Part shown: piece by piece, positions 24,165-37,084 of the stretch | How the letters are laid out: each line of letters starts with the position of its first letter | Position numbering within the stretch: the first letter of the stretch is position 1 | From: Octopus bimaculoides | Lineage: Eukaryota | Assembly (NCBI RefSeq): GCF_001194135.2 | Contig: NC_068985.1 | Location: forward strand, 34,364,733-34,424,252 | Direction: 5' to 3' | DNA length: 59,520 bases | The notes under the pieces: generated by a model | What the model was told of the DNA's origin: nothing | Databases searched by the model: none | The model's input: the letters and a program-made list of their open reading frames with translations, nothing else | Made by a program: the position numbers and the translations under genes

Positions 24165-25240
24165 ATCTCTCTCCACCAACAACACACAGCTCATCACAGC
24201 CCATAACACCACATATAGGATTGGTTCTTATTTTTGCGCGGCAATTGTGCCCATATTCTGCTTGATAAGGGGGCATTACATCCAATCGTGGCTTTGGGAT
24301 AAAGTCACGTGAGAAGGAGTTTTACTGGGTTTCCGGTGAGCCCTTTTTCACCTATAAATAAGCCCGATCCAACGACGGCAATTGTCTTTGATTCTAGATC
24401 TCTCACAGGTCTGGTCGTTGACCACACACATGTCTTCGATTTCATATCTCTCACAGGTCTGGTCGTTGACCACACACATACAGAACACAGCTACAGCCAG
24501 TTCCAGCGCCGACGTCTACACCACCAATGCACTATCTACCATTGTCATCGCTAGTAACAGCAACATCAACAAGCGCGGTTTTATCTCGACCCTGTTAGAG
24601 TGGATGTTTCCACTCACGATCAACAGACCAGAACTAACCAGCGAGAATATACTATACCAGGTAACACAGGTCGCAGCATTCGACGCTCAACACACATAGT
24701 GTGATACTACAGCTCTGCTACTTGGCCACAACGTCCTGCGTATGAACATTCTAAATCTTGTGTAACTCTTATACGAACTGGTTTTCTCTATTTGAGACTT
24801 TTTACTGTCTATGTTACAGGCACTCTTTATATGTTCTGTGTTCCTCTCACACACACACTTGTACACACACATATTGTACACACACTATTGTTTATATGAC
24901 TGTCCGTCACTTCACATTGTTGAATACATTCTCTCTCACACAAAGGCCTGATTTATCTACTGTGTTAAATTTATATGTCGCACGCACGCACACACAGACA
25001 AACAGTTTCACTTTGTTAAATAAATTTATTCTCATTATATATCTAACGGTTGAGGTTGTCCTAAGTTCTTTTACTGGCACAATGGCTCGTATCTCTCTTA
25101 CGACGAGCCTTCTATTATATATATCTTTATTTTGTGTTCGACCGTGCGACGTGGTAAAAAGGAGCCTTTACCGTCTACGTCGCCATCTCCTTTGGTTCGC
25201 ACGGTCGAAGTATTACAAATACATTTATAAAAAATAGCGC
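24165..25240. repeat. CpG-rich unclassified repeat with TATAAA (24352), a 32-bp direct duplication (24399 and 24447) and two GC-rich hairpins
   Basis: tctctcacaggtctggtcgttgaccacacaca occurs twice; CpG retention suggests a young TE terminus. Confidence 0.4.
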
Positions 25241-25571
25241 AATTGAAAAGTTAAACAATACGACAGGAAAAAAAATGATAAAAAAAGGATGATAGAAAAT
25301 CGAGAAGGGGTAACAGTGTAAAAAAGTAAGTGGGTATAAGGGAGGATAAAGTAGGATGAACTAAAATAAAATAAAATAAATAAATAAAAAAGTTGCTTAT
25401 TTTAAGGAGGTTGTAGAGACACTCATTAGGAGGAGGGGGTTGTATTGAGTCTGAAAGGGATTTCTGTTCGTAGATTAAAAATGTAATGCTGTTCCAGGTG
25501 AAGTCGCGAGTGTGTGGATCCGTGGGGTAGGGCGAGGCCAAAGACGGAGATATTAGAGGGGGAGTGGTTGG

Positions 25572-26278
25572 CCACCTAGTGGTCTCCTTTATATATACAT
25601 ATACAGTAATCCTTTGAGATCTCAGATATTTTTTGTGAATCTCCTTGATTCTTTCAATGTGCTTGTTCCCTGGTATTAAATTGATATTAATTAATATCCA
25701 ATTTTGTACCCTACTGTTTAATTTAATTAACCATAACCACGTTCTCAAAGTTGGTAAATTCGATGCGGAAACTATTTTCTGCAGAGATATTTCCGGATTT
25801 AGCGCGCCAAAACGAAAACTTTTGAATCTTACCATAAATATAATTAACAGAACCATGTGCACGTTCTTCATTCGTGGGGAACAACTAGTATATGATTCTG
25901 GGAATTATATTTTTTGGCGGTCCGTACTGATGAGAAACAGATATTTTCGGTAAAGAAATATTAATTTTGAAACCGGTCAACGGATAACATCATATGTATT
26001 TATATAATTTTCACTTGTCTTGCTCGTATATGTTTTGTTGCTTCGCTAAATTTTTCTTTGAGAACAATTCGGTCTTAGTAGACGCATTATATGTGATCTT
26101 CTTCTAACACATTAACAGTCCACCTAGTGGTCTCCTTTATATATACATATACAGTAATCCTTTGAGATCTCAGATATTTTTTCTGAATCTCCTTGATTCT
26201 TTCAATACACTTATTCCCTGGTATTAGATTGATATTAATTAATATCCAATTTTTTACCCTACTGTTTTAATTTAATTA
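25572..26278 (+). repeat. About 158-bp direct repeats (25572-25729, 26120-26278) flanking the hammerhead-bearing segment
   Basis: ccacctagtggtctcctttatatatacatatacagtaatcctttgagatctcag.. occurs twice, about 90% identical by eye. Confidence 0.9.
25920..25985 (+). ncRNA. Minimal type I hammerhead ribozyme (predicted)
   Basis: CUGAUGA 25927-33, stem II hairpin, GAAA 25969-72, palindromic stem III ACCGGU, GUC cleavage triplet 25976-78, stem I guccgua/aacggau. Confidence 0.7.
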
Positions 26279-26290
26279 TGCATACATATA

Positions 26291-27563
26291 TAGGAATTGA
26301 ACAAAATAATGGAAACACTTTAAAATTTCAAACAAATTAATTTTAATATGGGGTAGGACCGCCTCTGGCAGTAATTACAGCTTGAATTCTACGAGGTATG
26401 GACTTGTACAAAGTTTGAATTGTTTCCAAAGGAATTTTTGTCCATTCGTCAGCTAAAACAGTCTTTAGTTCTTGTAGCGATGATGGTGGAGGATATCGAC
26501 TTCTTACTTGTTTTTCTAAAATGCGCCATAAATGTTCAATAATATTGAGATCTGAGGACTGTGAGGCCAGATAAGATGTTCAACTTCACCAGAATGTTCC
26601 TCGTGCCATTCAGTAACAACTTTAGCTGTGTGAATTGGTGCATTATCATCCTGAAAGATTGCGTTTCCCTCCAGAAACAGTTCCGCAACCATAGGATGAA
26701 TTTGATCAGATAAAATGCTTAAATAGTCTTGACTATTAATTCTGCCATGAAGGGAAACCATTGGGTCGGCGGATTTCCAAGATATAGCCCCCCCCACCCC
26801 CAGATCATCACAGATCCTCCTTCATGTTTAACAGTTGGAAGAAAGCAGTCTGGGTTAAATGCTTTTTTTGGTTGTCTCCACACGTATATTCGGCCGGTGG
26901 TCGGAAATAAGGTAAAGGATGACTCGTCCGAGAAAATAACATTCTTCCACTGCTCTAGGGACCAATTCTGTAGGTTTTCACTCCACTCAAAACGCTTTGC
27001 AACACTTGTTTTGAAAGTAGTGGTTTTCTGATTGCAGCCTTCCCGTTAAACCCGGCTTTATGCAGCTCCCGGCGAACAGCTTTTGTGGAAACTGGGTTCT
27101 TGAGGTGATCATTAAGCCCTGCTGTAATTTTGGGAGCTGTACTTTTGTGATCTTTTCTAATAATTCGCGTAAGAGTCCGACGGTCCTATCTGAAAGTTTT
27201 AGTTTTCTTCCGCAGTTTTTTTTGGACGAGGAGGGTTTTTCCTTCTTTCTTAAAGGCTGTCATTACTTTCATAACAGTTCTTCTTGATACACCAAACATT
27301 TCAGCTGTTTACGTTGCGCTAGCGCCTGCCATACGAGCACCAACAATTTGACTTCTTTGAAAGTCTGATAGATCTGTCATTTTAATGAATTTTAATTACC
27401 TTTTTCTGATGATATCTGAAAACAAACAGCAATTTTAGCAAAACATATTAGGCAACACTAATAATAAATTTAAAAAAACATAAAAATAAACAAATTTTTG
27501 ACGGTTTTATAGATATTTCAAAATTATGATGCTAGGTGTTTCCATTATTTTGTCAAACCCGTC
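26291..27563 (-). mobile_element. Tc1 transposon, near full length, transposase pseudogenised (about 27380 to 26345)
   Basis: TIRs ..acaaaataatggaaacac at both ends with TA flanks. MTDLSDFQRSQIVGARMAGAS*, SDESSF, FQDDNAPIH and frameshifted WP..SPDLNIIEHLW (DD34E). Confidence 0.93.
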
Positions 27564-28409
27564 TATATATGTATGTATGTGTCTGGCCGTTGCCAGTACC
27601 GCCTGACTGGCCTTCGTGCGGGTGGCACGTAAAAGCACCCACTACACTCTCTGAGTGGTTGGCGTTAGGAAGGGCATCCAGCTGTAGAAACTCTGCCAAA
27701 TCAGATTGGAGCCTGGTGTAGCCATCCGGTTTCACCAGTCCTCAGTCAAATCGTCCAACCCTTGCTAGCATGGAAAGCGGACGTTAAACGATGATGATGA
27801 TGATGATGATGATGATGATATATATACATATACATATATATATGGTAACACCCTTAGGTTGTACTTATTAACTGGCCAACCAACTCACTTTAAAACACAA
27901 TGCCCAGTACATCCTTCTCTTGTTCTAACGTGAATCCTCCCATCCGCTCCCCCCTCATACACTACAAGACCAATCATCAAACATCTGGCCAATCCTCCCT
28001 AGGCTTGACACTCTTCCCAATACATAGTTGAACATCAGTAGCAGTTTAGCTAACATCTGTTCCTCTATGAGCAACGTCCCATTGTGACTACAGAAGGAAT
28101 TTTCAAGAGGAATAAGGCAGCAACAGGGACAACTATAGAAAGAACAACAGCTGCAGTGATGACAGCAACAACACTCTGTCCAGGATACTGGAAGATAGCC
28201 TGAACAAAGAAAATGGTAACAACTAAGACAATAACAACACAGATCACAAGTAAGCTATCACTGCCACAGGCAACAATATCCACAAATAGTAATTATGATA
28301 ATAGTACTAGCAATAGTACTGATGAGAATAATAGATAAAAGTGCTAGTAGTGAAATAATGATAATAAAAAAAAAATAACATGTGGCACAATAATTAACTA
28401 GTAACTGTC

Positions 28410-28800
28410 ATATGCTCAGGCCAACAGCAATTAAACTGGCAACCAAACCAAGTTTGTTTGGTGAGGAGGGTGAAATATTGATTTTGGACACCTTGTGGAA
28501 TGACAACAAAACCCTGCAAAGAGCAGAGGACTCAGAAGTGTCAGTGGCCATCCAGAAATGGGAAAACGGGTAGACAAAACTCGTTAGTTTTGGTCAGTTG
28601 TCTATCTCGGAGAAGGAACACTGATTTAAAAACTGGGGTAGATATGACTTCTTAGTTACCTTGATGAGAACTTGTCTGTGGCCAGTGGCTTCCTTGGGAT
28701 AAAGGCAGATAAACTACAAATCAGGACCTAGCTCCCAAGAAATGGTTGGATGAGGATACAGGGCCAACCAACATCATCTGTTTTCCTGTGAGAATCATGG
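28410..28800 (+). mobile_element. RTE-type LINE 5' leader fragment
   Basis: ggagaaggaacactgattt and gggccaaccaacatcatctg motifs resemble RTE 5' regions; recalled similarity only. Confidence 0.4.
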
Positions 28801-28849
28801 ACATCGTATGGATAACAATGACAATATATGTCGTTGTTGTTACTATTAT

Positions 28850-30225
28850 TATTCCTATACACACAACAGGTTAGACTGTTGGAAAAGAAAAATTCCTAAT
28901 ATGGGCTACAACAAGTAACCTTAGGTGCCAAGAACCCGCCTACGTATCCTAGCTGTCTCTAATAACATTGTTTTCTGGAGCTGTATTAAACTGGGTTGTA
29001 TGCCTATTTCCACGATCCATCTGTTCAAACCTTTAAGGATAGTTCCTAATGCAACTATAACTACTGGGATACATTTTACTCACACTCCATAGTCTCTGTA
29101 ATTCAATGGCTAGGTCCTGGTACTTTGCTATATTTTCTATACCTCTCATATTGATATTTTTCATCATTTGGCAGATAAACTACAAACTACTTAGCTCCTG
29201 AGAAATGGTTGGATGAGGATACAGGGCCAACCAACATCATCTGACAATTATCTAGCACTTTCTGTTTTATTTATCTACTACTCCTACTAAATCAGGCCAA
29301 TTTCTCTTCCTCTGTCAGTCTGAATGTTAAAGTCCTATAGGATCTTATATTTCTTACTTTCTAGTACTTTACTAGCTTCACATTTATACCATTTTTCAGT
29401 ATGGTCAAATCCTAGTTTTCTACATAACTCCTGATGGATTACTCTCCATAGGTTGTCATGTCTTTTCTTGTATTCTATCTGTGCCAGCATGCTACATTCA
29501 CTTACTATATGAGTAACACTTTCCTCTTTTGATTTGCATAATCTACATTGGGAATCTACTTGTTTTTTGTCTATCTTGGCTTTTATCCAATCAATCCTTA
29601 ATGCTTGATCTTGTGCAGCATCTAACAAGCTTTCTGTCTCTCTTTTCAGCTTTCCTTCCTGTCTCACTACTATTGTTTGCTGCAACTATCTTTTGGAATC
29701 TACCATGCAAAGCCTTCTGCCAGTGTTCTTTTTTCTGGTTTTTAAATTTGGCTTTTTGGTTTCCCTATATCTTGCTGTGACTCTCGCAGCTCTTCGTAAA
29801 CTTTTTTCCCTATTACCTACATAGGAGTCTATAACTACTCCAGCTAATGCCATGCAGTCTTACACTGATATTAACCATCTTTCATCTTCCTTTTTGTCCA
29901 ATCTACAAAAGCTGCTGAGTATCTTAGTAATAATACTGCCCAAGTATTTACAGCTTTCACTAGATTCGGACCATTTAGCTTTGACTTCATTAGCTTCCCC
30001 ACCCTTCTGATGTACTCTTCAATTTTCGTTTTCATTTCTATAGTTAGTACTCTGTCAGATTCTAATTCTCCTAAATACTTATAACTCTCTCCTTCTTTTA
30101 ATGATTTTAATGTCTGGCCATCTGGTAATTGGATGCCTTCTCTGCTGACTACCTGTCCCCTTATTATGTCTAATATTGCACACTTATCTATGCCAAATTC
30201 CATGCCTATATCTTTGCTGAGTCTT
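28850..30225 (-). mobile_element. R4/Dong-like RLE LINE, 3' 1.4 kb, degenerate
   Basis: MEFGIDKCA, YKYLG, LNGPNLVKAVNTWAV, CRLCKSKEESVTHIVSECSMLAQIEYKKRHD (CCHC plus RHD), IPVVIVALGTIPK. Confidence 0.9.
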
Positions 30226-30236
30226 ACTGTCTATAG

Positions 30237-30420
30237 CAGAGGTTCTCAAACTTTTTTAGCAACCCCGCCCCCACTCATGGCCACATAGTACCCTCAGTAC
30301 CCCACCCCTATTTTTATGTATATTATGAATCATATAATATTTAATATACTATTATATAATTTGTATACAATACTATAATAATATTATGATAAATTCATAG
30401 CATCCCCCAATTCACTGCCA
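30237..30420. mobile_element. hAT (Charlie-type) terminus, possibly one end of the element at 32109-33770
   Basis: CAGAGGTTCTCAAACTT matches a Charlie-type TIR; partner TIR not found. Confidence 0.5.
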
Positions 30421-30560
30421 TAATAAAGTGTCTTTGTTAGGCATGGAATTAAATCATCAAGTCGCATGAACAACCAAATAATAATTGGAAGTGTAGCAGA
30501 TATGGCTAAGTGTGTCAAAGAAAGGCATTTTGGTGTAAGCAGAGAACATATGGTGACCTT

Positions 30561-30792
30561 TATTTACATTAGACGGATATTTGTCCCCATCTTGTTTGTT
30601 GTTAACACGTTTCGGTTGATATACCCTCCAGACTTCATCAGGTGTTTTGGGGAAATTTCGAACCTGGGTTCTCATACCTAAGGTATTTTTCGATGTTGTT
30701 GTTGTTGCTGTTGTTGTCCAGGTCACTACCTGGAATCGAACTCGGAATCTTGGGGTTAGTAGCCCGCTCTCTAAACCACTACGCCATATGTC
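30561..30792 (-). mobile_element. SINE-like element: tRNA-Arg-like head (30721-30792) + (CAA)n + hammerhead-bearing Penelope-like tail
   Basis: A box TGGCGTAGTGG, B box GAGTTCGATTCC, AAGATTCC as in tRNA-Arg(ACG); tail is the same as the 19.1-kb element. Confidence 0.75.
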
Positions 30793-30820
30793 CATGGGCA
30801 ATTATTAGGGCTTATAAATC

Positions 30821-30932
<112 letters not shown>

Positions 30933-30933
30933 C

Positions 30934-31100
30934 ACATCGAAAAATACTTTAGGAATGAGAACCCAGGTTCGAAATTTCTCCAAAACACCTGATGAAAGCT
31001 GGAGGGCATATTAGTCGAAACAACGTTGTGTTAGCAACAAACAAGATGACAAATATCCGTCAAATGTAAATAATTCCTCATCTCTCAAATATAGAACTGT
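30934..31100 (+). mobile_element. Headless inverted copy of the same hammerhead-bearing tail
   Basis: Reverse complement of 30561-30695; CTGATGA 30989-95, GAAAC 31017-21, GTT 31025-27, stem I aacac/gtgtt. Confidence 0.8.
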
Positions 31101-32108
31101 ATATGGTGATCTGTGTTGAAATATCAAAATACAAAACTTACGGTGAATTAATTGAATTTTCACTGAGAAGAAATGATCTTTTCTTCATGAATGTGAGAGA
31201 GATATATATATCTAACGTGAATCCCTCCCATCCGCTCCCCCGTCATACACTACAAGACCAATCATCAAACATCTGGCCAATCCTCCCTAGGCTTGACACT
31301 CTTCCCAATACATAGTTGAACATCAGTAGCAGTTTAGCTAACAGTATTCAAAAGCATTTGGCTGTTGGACAAAGGTTTCCGAGATCTTCTGATCGTTCAA
31401 CATTATTCACACTTCAGTCACAGTACTTCTGTCTTCGAGGTACAGCAGAAACAGATCTTGTCGTCTATGTTTCGCAAAAGAACCTTTGGCGGCAACGTTC
31501 AGCAAAGTGCTGCACACATAAACGCAAACAATATGTGAAGAAAGGTAGTTAACTCGCTTTGATACATCACCATATTATTCCATGGTAAGCCAATAAGGCG
31601 TTAGGAAAAAAGGGAAGAAACATTGTAATACAAAACTTGAAAAATAAGGAACAAAATATGCAAACATGCTGAGAGAAAGTGTCAGTAGTATGCTGCCCGG
31701 AAAGTAATAGTATGCTGCCTGGAAATTTCCGTATGTAATTTATGACCTCTCAAAAACTATGCCCAACTTTACATGAAATAGAAATCACAAAATACAGTGG
31801 TCAATAAGTGGTTGCAAGTGCAGGTCTTGATTACTAGTAGTGCAGCAGTGTTTATGGTACAAAAGTCTCCCACTAAAGAAAAGAAATGCATGTAACAAAG
31901 GAATGTATAAAAAAGGCAATTTTATAAGTCCTGTATAAAAGGAATTTCGCACCAATAACAGGAGTTTGTTCGTATAAATGTCATAAAGTTCGTGCATTAA
32001 AGAAGTATATGTTGCTACGGTGTTCATAGCAAAAGAAGAGATCAAAGACTAAAGCCGTAATAGTATACCACTAAAACAGCCCATACAAGTAGGCTTTTAG
32101 GGAGGGGT

Positions 32109-33770
32109 TCAATGAGAAAGATGAGCTTGGGGAAGTAAAAGTAGCTTCCCAACCTCAGGCTGAATCGTGCTAAGAATAAGCTTGAGATCACCATGCTCCG
32201 TAATTCAAAGCTTGCACCACTAATTCGTAAGAAGGTGAGTGATCGCACTGAATCCTCTCTCAACCAAACAAGATGTTGGAAAGGCAATGAAAAACAATCT
32301 GACTTTCTTCCAAAGCTCCGGATAACGGTCACGGATAGCCTTTTGAAGCCAAAATTCTTGATAGCTCTTGCAGAATTTACGCTTCAATTCAGTATCATTT
32401 TGAAAAGTTATCAGCTACTCTTCTAAATCTCTACTCTCTTCTTCACTAAAGTCAATGAAGGGGTTGACAATCCAGTCAGAAACTCGAAGAGCAAACGGAT
32501 TATGAAATCAACGCTCCATATCTTCGCGCAGTTCAGTGAGCAAAAGACAAGCAGATCCTTGTCCGCAAGTTTTCCGTCTTTTTCAAAACCAGATAAGCAA
32601 GGAAACTGGAAAAAAACTTCCTGCGTCCAATATTGCGCTTATACATAACAAGTTTCGTTTGAAATGTTGAGATGGTTGACTCAGCTTGGTTGAGATGAAC
32701 ACCATCTCCTTGCAGCTGTTTATTCATTTCGCTGAATTTAGTGAATAAGTCAAACAAGTATGCTGTACCTTTCTTTATACTTTTAAGCCTCACACTAACT
32801 TCTGGGACCGCGGTTTCAAAGAACTCCGTTACTGAATCAAACAAAGCATAAAAGCGATTCAGATAATTTTTCCATGATGACCACCTCACCTCTGTGTGGA
32901 GCAGTAAGCTTTGGAAGTCTTCGTCATTTTTAAAGCAGAGCTGTTGAAACAGGTGAAAATTCAGAACATGAGATTTGATTTTATTCACGGCAGTGACGAC
33001 CGTGTTTAGGGAATCGTGAAGATGACCTCTGAGGTTTCGTGCAACAAATGTTGTCGATGAATCACACAGTGCATCGTGAAGACATCAGGTAAACTGACTT
33101 TGAGATAACTGATGAAGCCGCGATGACAGCCAATCATCGATGGTGCACCATCAGTTGCACAGGCTACAATATTATTCAGTGGGATGTCTTTTTTGTCAAT
33201 AAAGCTCTTGACCACATTGAAAATGAATTCGCCCTTGCTACTAGTTTCCAACCGTCTAGCAAAGAGCAGTTCTTGGCACAAACTTTCCTCTTTCACAAAA
33301 CGAACATATACGAGGAGGAGGGAATCATTACCTGGCAAAGTAGACTCGTCCAAGTGAATTCTGTTTTCTTCAGAATTGTGCAGAGTTGGTCTTCGACGTC
33401 TTCTGCCATTTCATCAACCCTCCTCTGGACAGAGCTATTACTCAGAGGAATATCTTTGATAATTGGCTCTGGTACCTTGCGTAGCACCATCTTCAGGACT
33501 TCTTTTACAGCTGGCAAGATTAGCTGTTCCCCTATTGTGTGAGGTTTGCTGGACATCGCAATGAGAAGTGATATGTTAAAAGAAGTGCGCAAACCATCAC
33601 TAGACTGACTGGATGAACTGGGGAAAACACTTCCTATTGTTATTCTCATATGAAAATTATTTTTAAGGGATTGAAAATAATTCAAATGTTTTTTCTGCTC
33701 TATCAGGATGAATTTTATTCAAGTGTTCTTGAAGCCTTGACGGTTTCATTGCTTCATTTGTAAAAATCTT
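32109..33770 (-). pseudogene. hAT Charlie/Buster-type transposase (SCAND3/ZBED8-like), frameshifted, TE-derived
   Basis: KPHTIGEQLILPA, DESTL..LLVYVRF, CATDGAPSMIG, MHCVIHRQHL, LLLHTEVRW, FPTSCLVERGFS, QAHLSH-stop. Confidence 0.92.
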
Positions 33771-34230
33771 TTCGTAGAGTAGACAGAGTGGTTGTTGGTG
33801 GTTGTGCGGAGCTGCAATAAACCCATACTACCCCAACACCGCTTGACAACCAGTGTTGATTTGTATACGTACCCATCATCCAGCGGTTCGGCAAAAGATA
33901 GTGATAGAATTAGTCCCGGGATTGATTTGTTCGACTAAAGATCTAGCATGGCCGCAGTCTGATAACTGAAACAAGTTAAAAGATAAAAGATGTATATATT
34001 ATATACCAGCTAAGATACCCGGCCTTGCTCGGGATTAAAATGGCATAGTTTTTTTTTATTGTTTTAGTCATGTGACTGCGGCCATGCTGGAGCACCACCT
34101 CTGGTCGAACAAATCGACCACAGGATTTATTTTTTGTAAGTCTAGTAGTTATTCTATCAGTGTCCTTTGCCGAACCGCTAAGTTATGGCAACGTAAACAC
34201 AGAAACATTGGTTGTCAAGCAATGGTGGAG

Positions 34231-34265
<35 letters not shown>

Positions 34266-34282
34266 TATACACATATATACGA

Positions 34283-36797
34283 CAGTCTTCTTTGACAATA
34301 CCGCCTTGCAAGGGATCCTCGGTCCTCACGGCACAGGGAAAAATGAACGCTAATGGACAGAGACTGCTCACCTTCAGCTCCGAGTATGACCTGTGCACCA
34401 CTAACACCCTCTTTCAACAGCGGGACATTTACAAGGCGTCATGGATGCACTCGCGTTCCAAAAAGTGGCATCTCCTAGACTACATCATTGTCCGTCACCA
34501 AGGCATGGGCGATGTCCTCCATACTCGCGCAATGCGTGGAGCAGATTTCTGGACGGACCACAACCTTATCCGCTCCAAGCTTAGAATCAACATTCGACCC
34601 CCTAACCGAAAGTCTACAGCATCAAAACGACTGAACACCACGAAACTGTATGATCTTGAGAATCGTGGCCTCTTTCAAGATCAGCTTGCCATCAAATTGG
34701 ATACTCTCCCACTCCCCGATGCTACTTCGGTAAACCAAGAGGAGCTAGATGATATATGGGACAAATATATCTCCCTGATCTCCTCGGTCGCAACCGAACA
34801 ACTAAGACACACTAGACGTCGCAATCCTGACTGGTTTGATGAATCTGCTGATGAGATCCTCCCTCTTCTCAGAAGTAAAAACCGGGCTCATTATGCTTAC
34901 CCCTCGAGCAGGTCCAACGCACGCCTCCAGAATTGGAAAGATCTTCGCTCGGAATGCCAGAGCAGACTTAGGCAGATTCAGAACACTTGGTGGAAGAACA
35001 AAGCTGCAGAAATTCAACGTTTTGCGGAAGAAAATAAGATCCACGAGTTCTACACTGCAACCAAATCCATGTACGGTCCGTCCTCCAATCATATCAATCC
35101 GATACGATCTTCAGACAGTAACACTCTCTACAAGGAAAAGATCCAGATCCGTGACAGATGGGCAGAACACTTCAACTCCTTGTTGAACAAGATAAATCCT
35201 ACAGACACCACATTGATTGATGAGCTCCCTCATCTCCCTCCTCTCCCTGAGCTGGATAAGGAACTCTCCCTCATGGAAATCCGTACAGCTCTCTCCTACT
35301 TAAAAAACAGGAAATTACCTGGATCAGATGGTGTGTCGAGGGAGATCTATAAATATGCTGGTCCTGCTCTTGTCCAGCGTCTTCATCAGATTATCCTCCG
35401 TGATGCCTCGTTTGCCTTTATTGACCTAAGTAAGGCTTTTGATACTATTAGCCGTCCACTACAATGGAATGCCCTGCAGAAGTATGGATGCCCTTCTAAG
35501 CTTCTTACTATGCTACGCCAGTTCCATGACGGCATGTAAGCACGTGCGACATTGGGTGGTGATCAGTCTGACTACTTCAACGTTCAAATCGGTGTTAAAC
35601 AAGGCTGTGTCCTGACCCCTGTCCTCTTCAATGTGTTCTTTGTAGCTGTGACCTTACTATTTCGCTACGACCTCAACCCCGAAGATGGCATCCCAATTCG
35701 ATATCACCATGATGGCAGTCTCTTCAACTTGAGGAGACTAAAATCACTAACAAAGACTTAGTCCACGATTCTCTTCGAATTACAGTATGCCGATGACAGC
35801 GAAGCTCTCGCCCACGAACCAGCCAGCCTTCAGCAGAACCTGGACGTTGTGTGCAACGCCTATCGTCGGGCTGGACTCCAGGTCAACACCAGGAAAACAG
35901 AGATCCTTCAACGCTCCAAAAGTAGTTCACCCCTTGTGACTCTTTCGATCCAAGATAACCAGCTAAAGAACACCGAGAAGTTCACCTATTTGGGTAGCGT
36001 CATCTCAAGCAATGGGGGTCATTGACCACGAAATTCAGAAACGCATCCACCTTGCCTCCTCTGCTTTTGGACGTCTCAAGGATAGGGTCTTCCTTAATCG
36101 TGATCTGAATCTCTCCACGAAAATTGAGGTTTACCGTGCTGTTGTAGTTTCCACGCTTTTGTATGCCTCAGAAACCTGGACACTTTATCGTCGTCATGTC
36201 AAACTCCTCGAATCCTTCCATATCCGCTGTCTCCAGCGCATTCTTCATCTGACCTGGAAGGATAAAATCCCACATACGGAGGTCCTGAGACGAGCGAAAT
36301 TGACCAGCATCGAATGCACGATCCTCGAACGTCAACTGCGCTGGGTGGGGTATTTCATTAAGATGCTGGAAAATTGTATAACCAAGATCGACTTTTTGGG
36401 GAGTTACCAAAGGGTAACTGACCGCACATAGGTCCAAAGAAGCGATATAAAGATCATCTCAAGAAATCCCTGAAGCTCTGCAACATCCCCCCTGGTGAAC
36501 TTGAAACACTGGTCACAAACCGTACTACCTAGTGGGGAATGGTCAAAACTAGTACGCAACATTTTGAGGATGAGCGGACTAGACTTCGCGAAGAAAAGCG
36601 GAGACAGCTCAAGGAAAGTCAGCAAAATCCTAGACGAGCTCATCTTCGTCGGAGCCCTCTTTGCTGCTCTCAGTTTAATCGGACATGTGCCTCCAGAATA
36701 GGCCTTTTCAGCCACAAGAGGGCCTGCCAACGCCATCAAGGCAACCCCTAAGGATGGATCAAAGACGATGTCGTCATATGTCAAGATGGACTGCCTT
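34283..36797 (+). mobile_element. RTE/BovB-like LINE, 5'-truncated in the APE domain, internal deletion near 35400, several stops and frameshifts
   Basis: WMHSRSKKWHLLDYII, TDHNLIRSKL, FIDLSKAFD, GVKQGCVLTP, LQYADD, LLYASETW, LRWVG; C-terminal zinc-finger-like CSQFNRTCASRIGLFSHKRAC. Confidence 0.95.
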
Positions 36798-36829
36798 AAG
36801 CAAGTAAACAACTTATTAAGTCTTTGGTT

Positions 36830-37075
36830 TTTGCTAGATTGACTCTAAGACCCTTCGATTATAAACCTTGCTTCCACACCTGAAACTTCTCCTTTAGTTC
36901 TGATAGTGACTCAGCTATTAGAGCAAGGTCATCAGCATAGAGGAGCTCCCAGGGGTATCCTGTCTTGAATTCCTTTGTTATTACCTTGAGGACTCTGAAG
37001 AGTAAGAGGAGCTGAGGACTGATCCTTGGTGGATCCCTACCCCTACCCCATCTAAACTTTCTAAACAATCTCCTA
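36830..37075 (-). mobile_element. RTE (octopus-type) RT fragment
   Basis: TGYPWELLYADDLALIAES. Confidence 0.85.
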
Positions 37076-37084
37076 TCTAAACTT

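Noticed and set aside
28060-28300. Exon-like S/N/D/T-rich stretch and hydrophobic minus-strand ORF (28065-28283)
   Set aside because: Decayed trinucleotide low complexity; no clean acceptor and donor pair in an open frame.
30721-30792. tRNA gene
   Set aside because: Acceptor and anticodon stems do not pair properly; it is a SINE head.
32109-33770. Domesticated ZBED/SCAND3-like host gene
   Set aside because: Multiple frameshifts and stops indicate a dead transposon copy.
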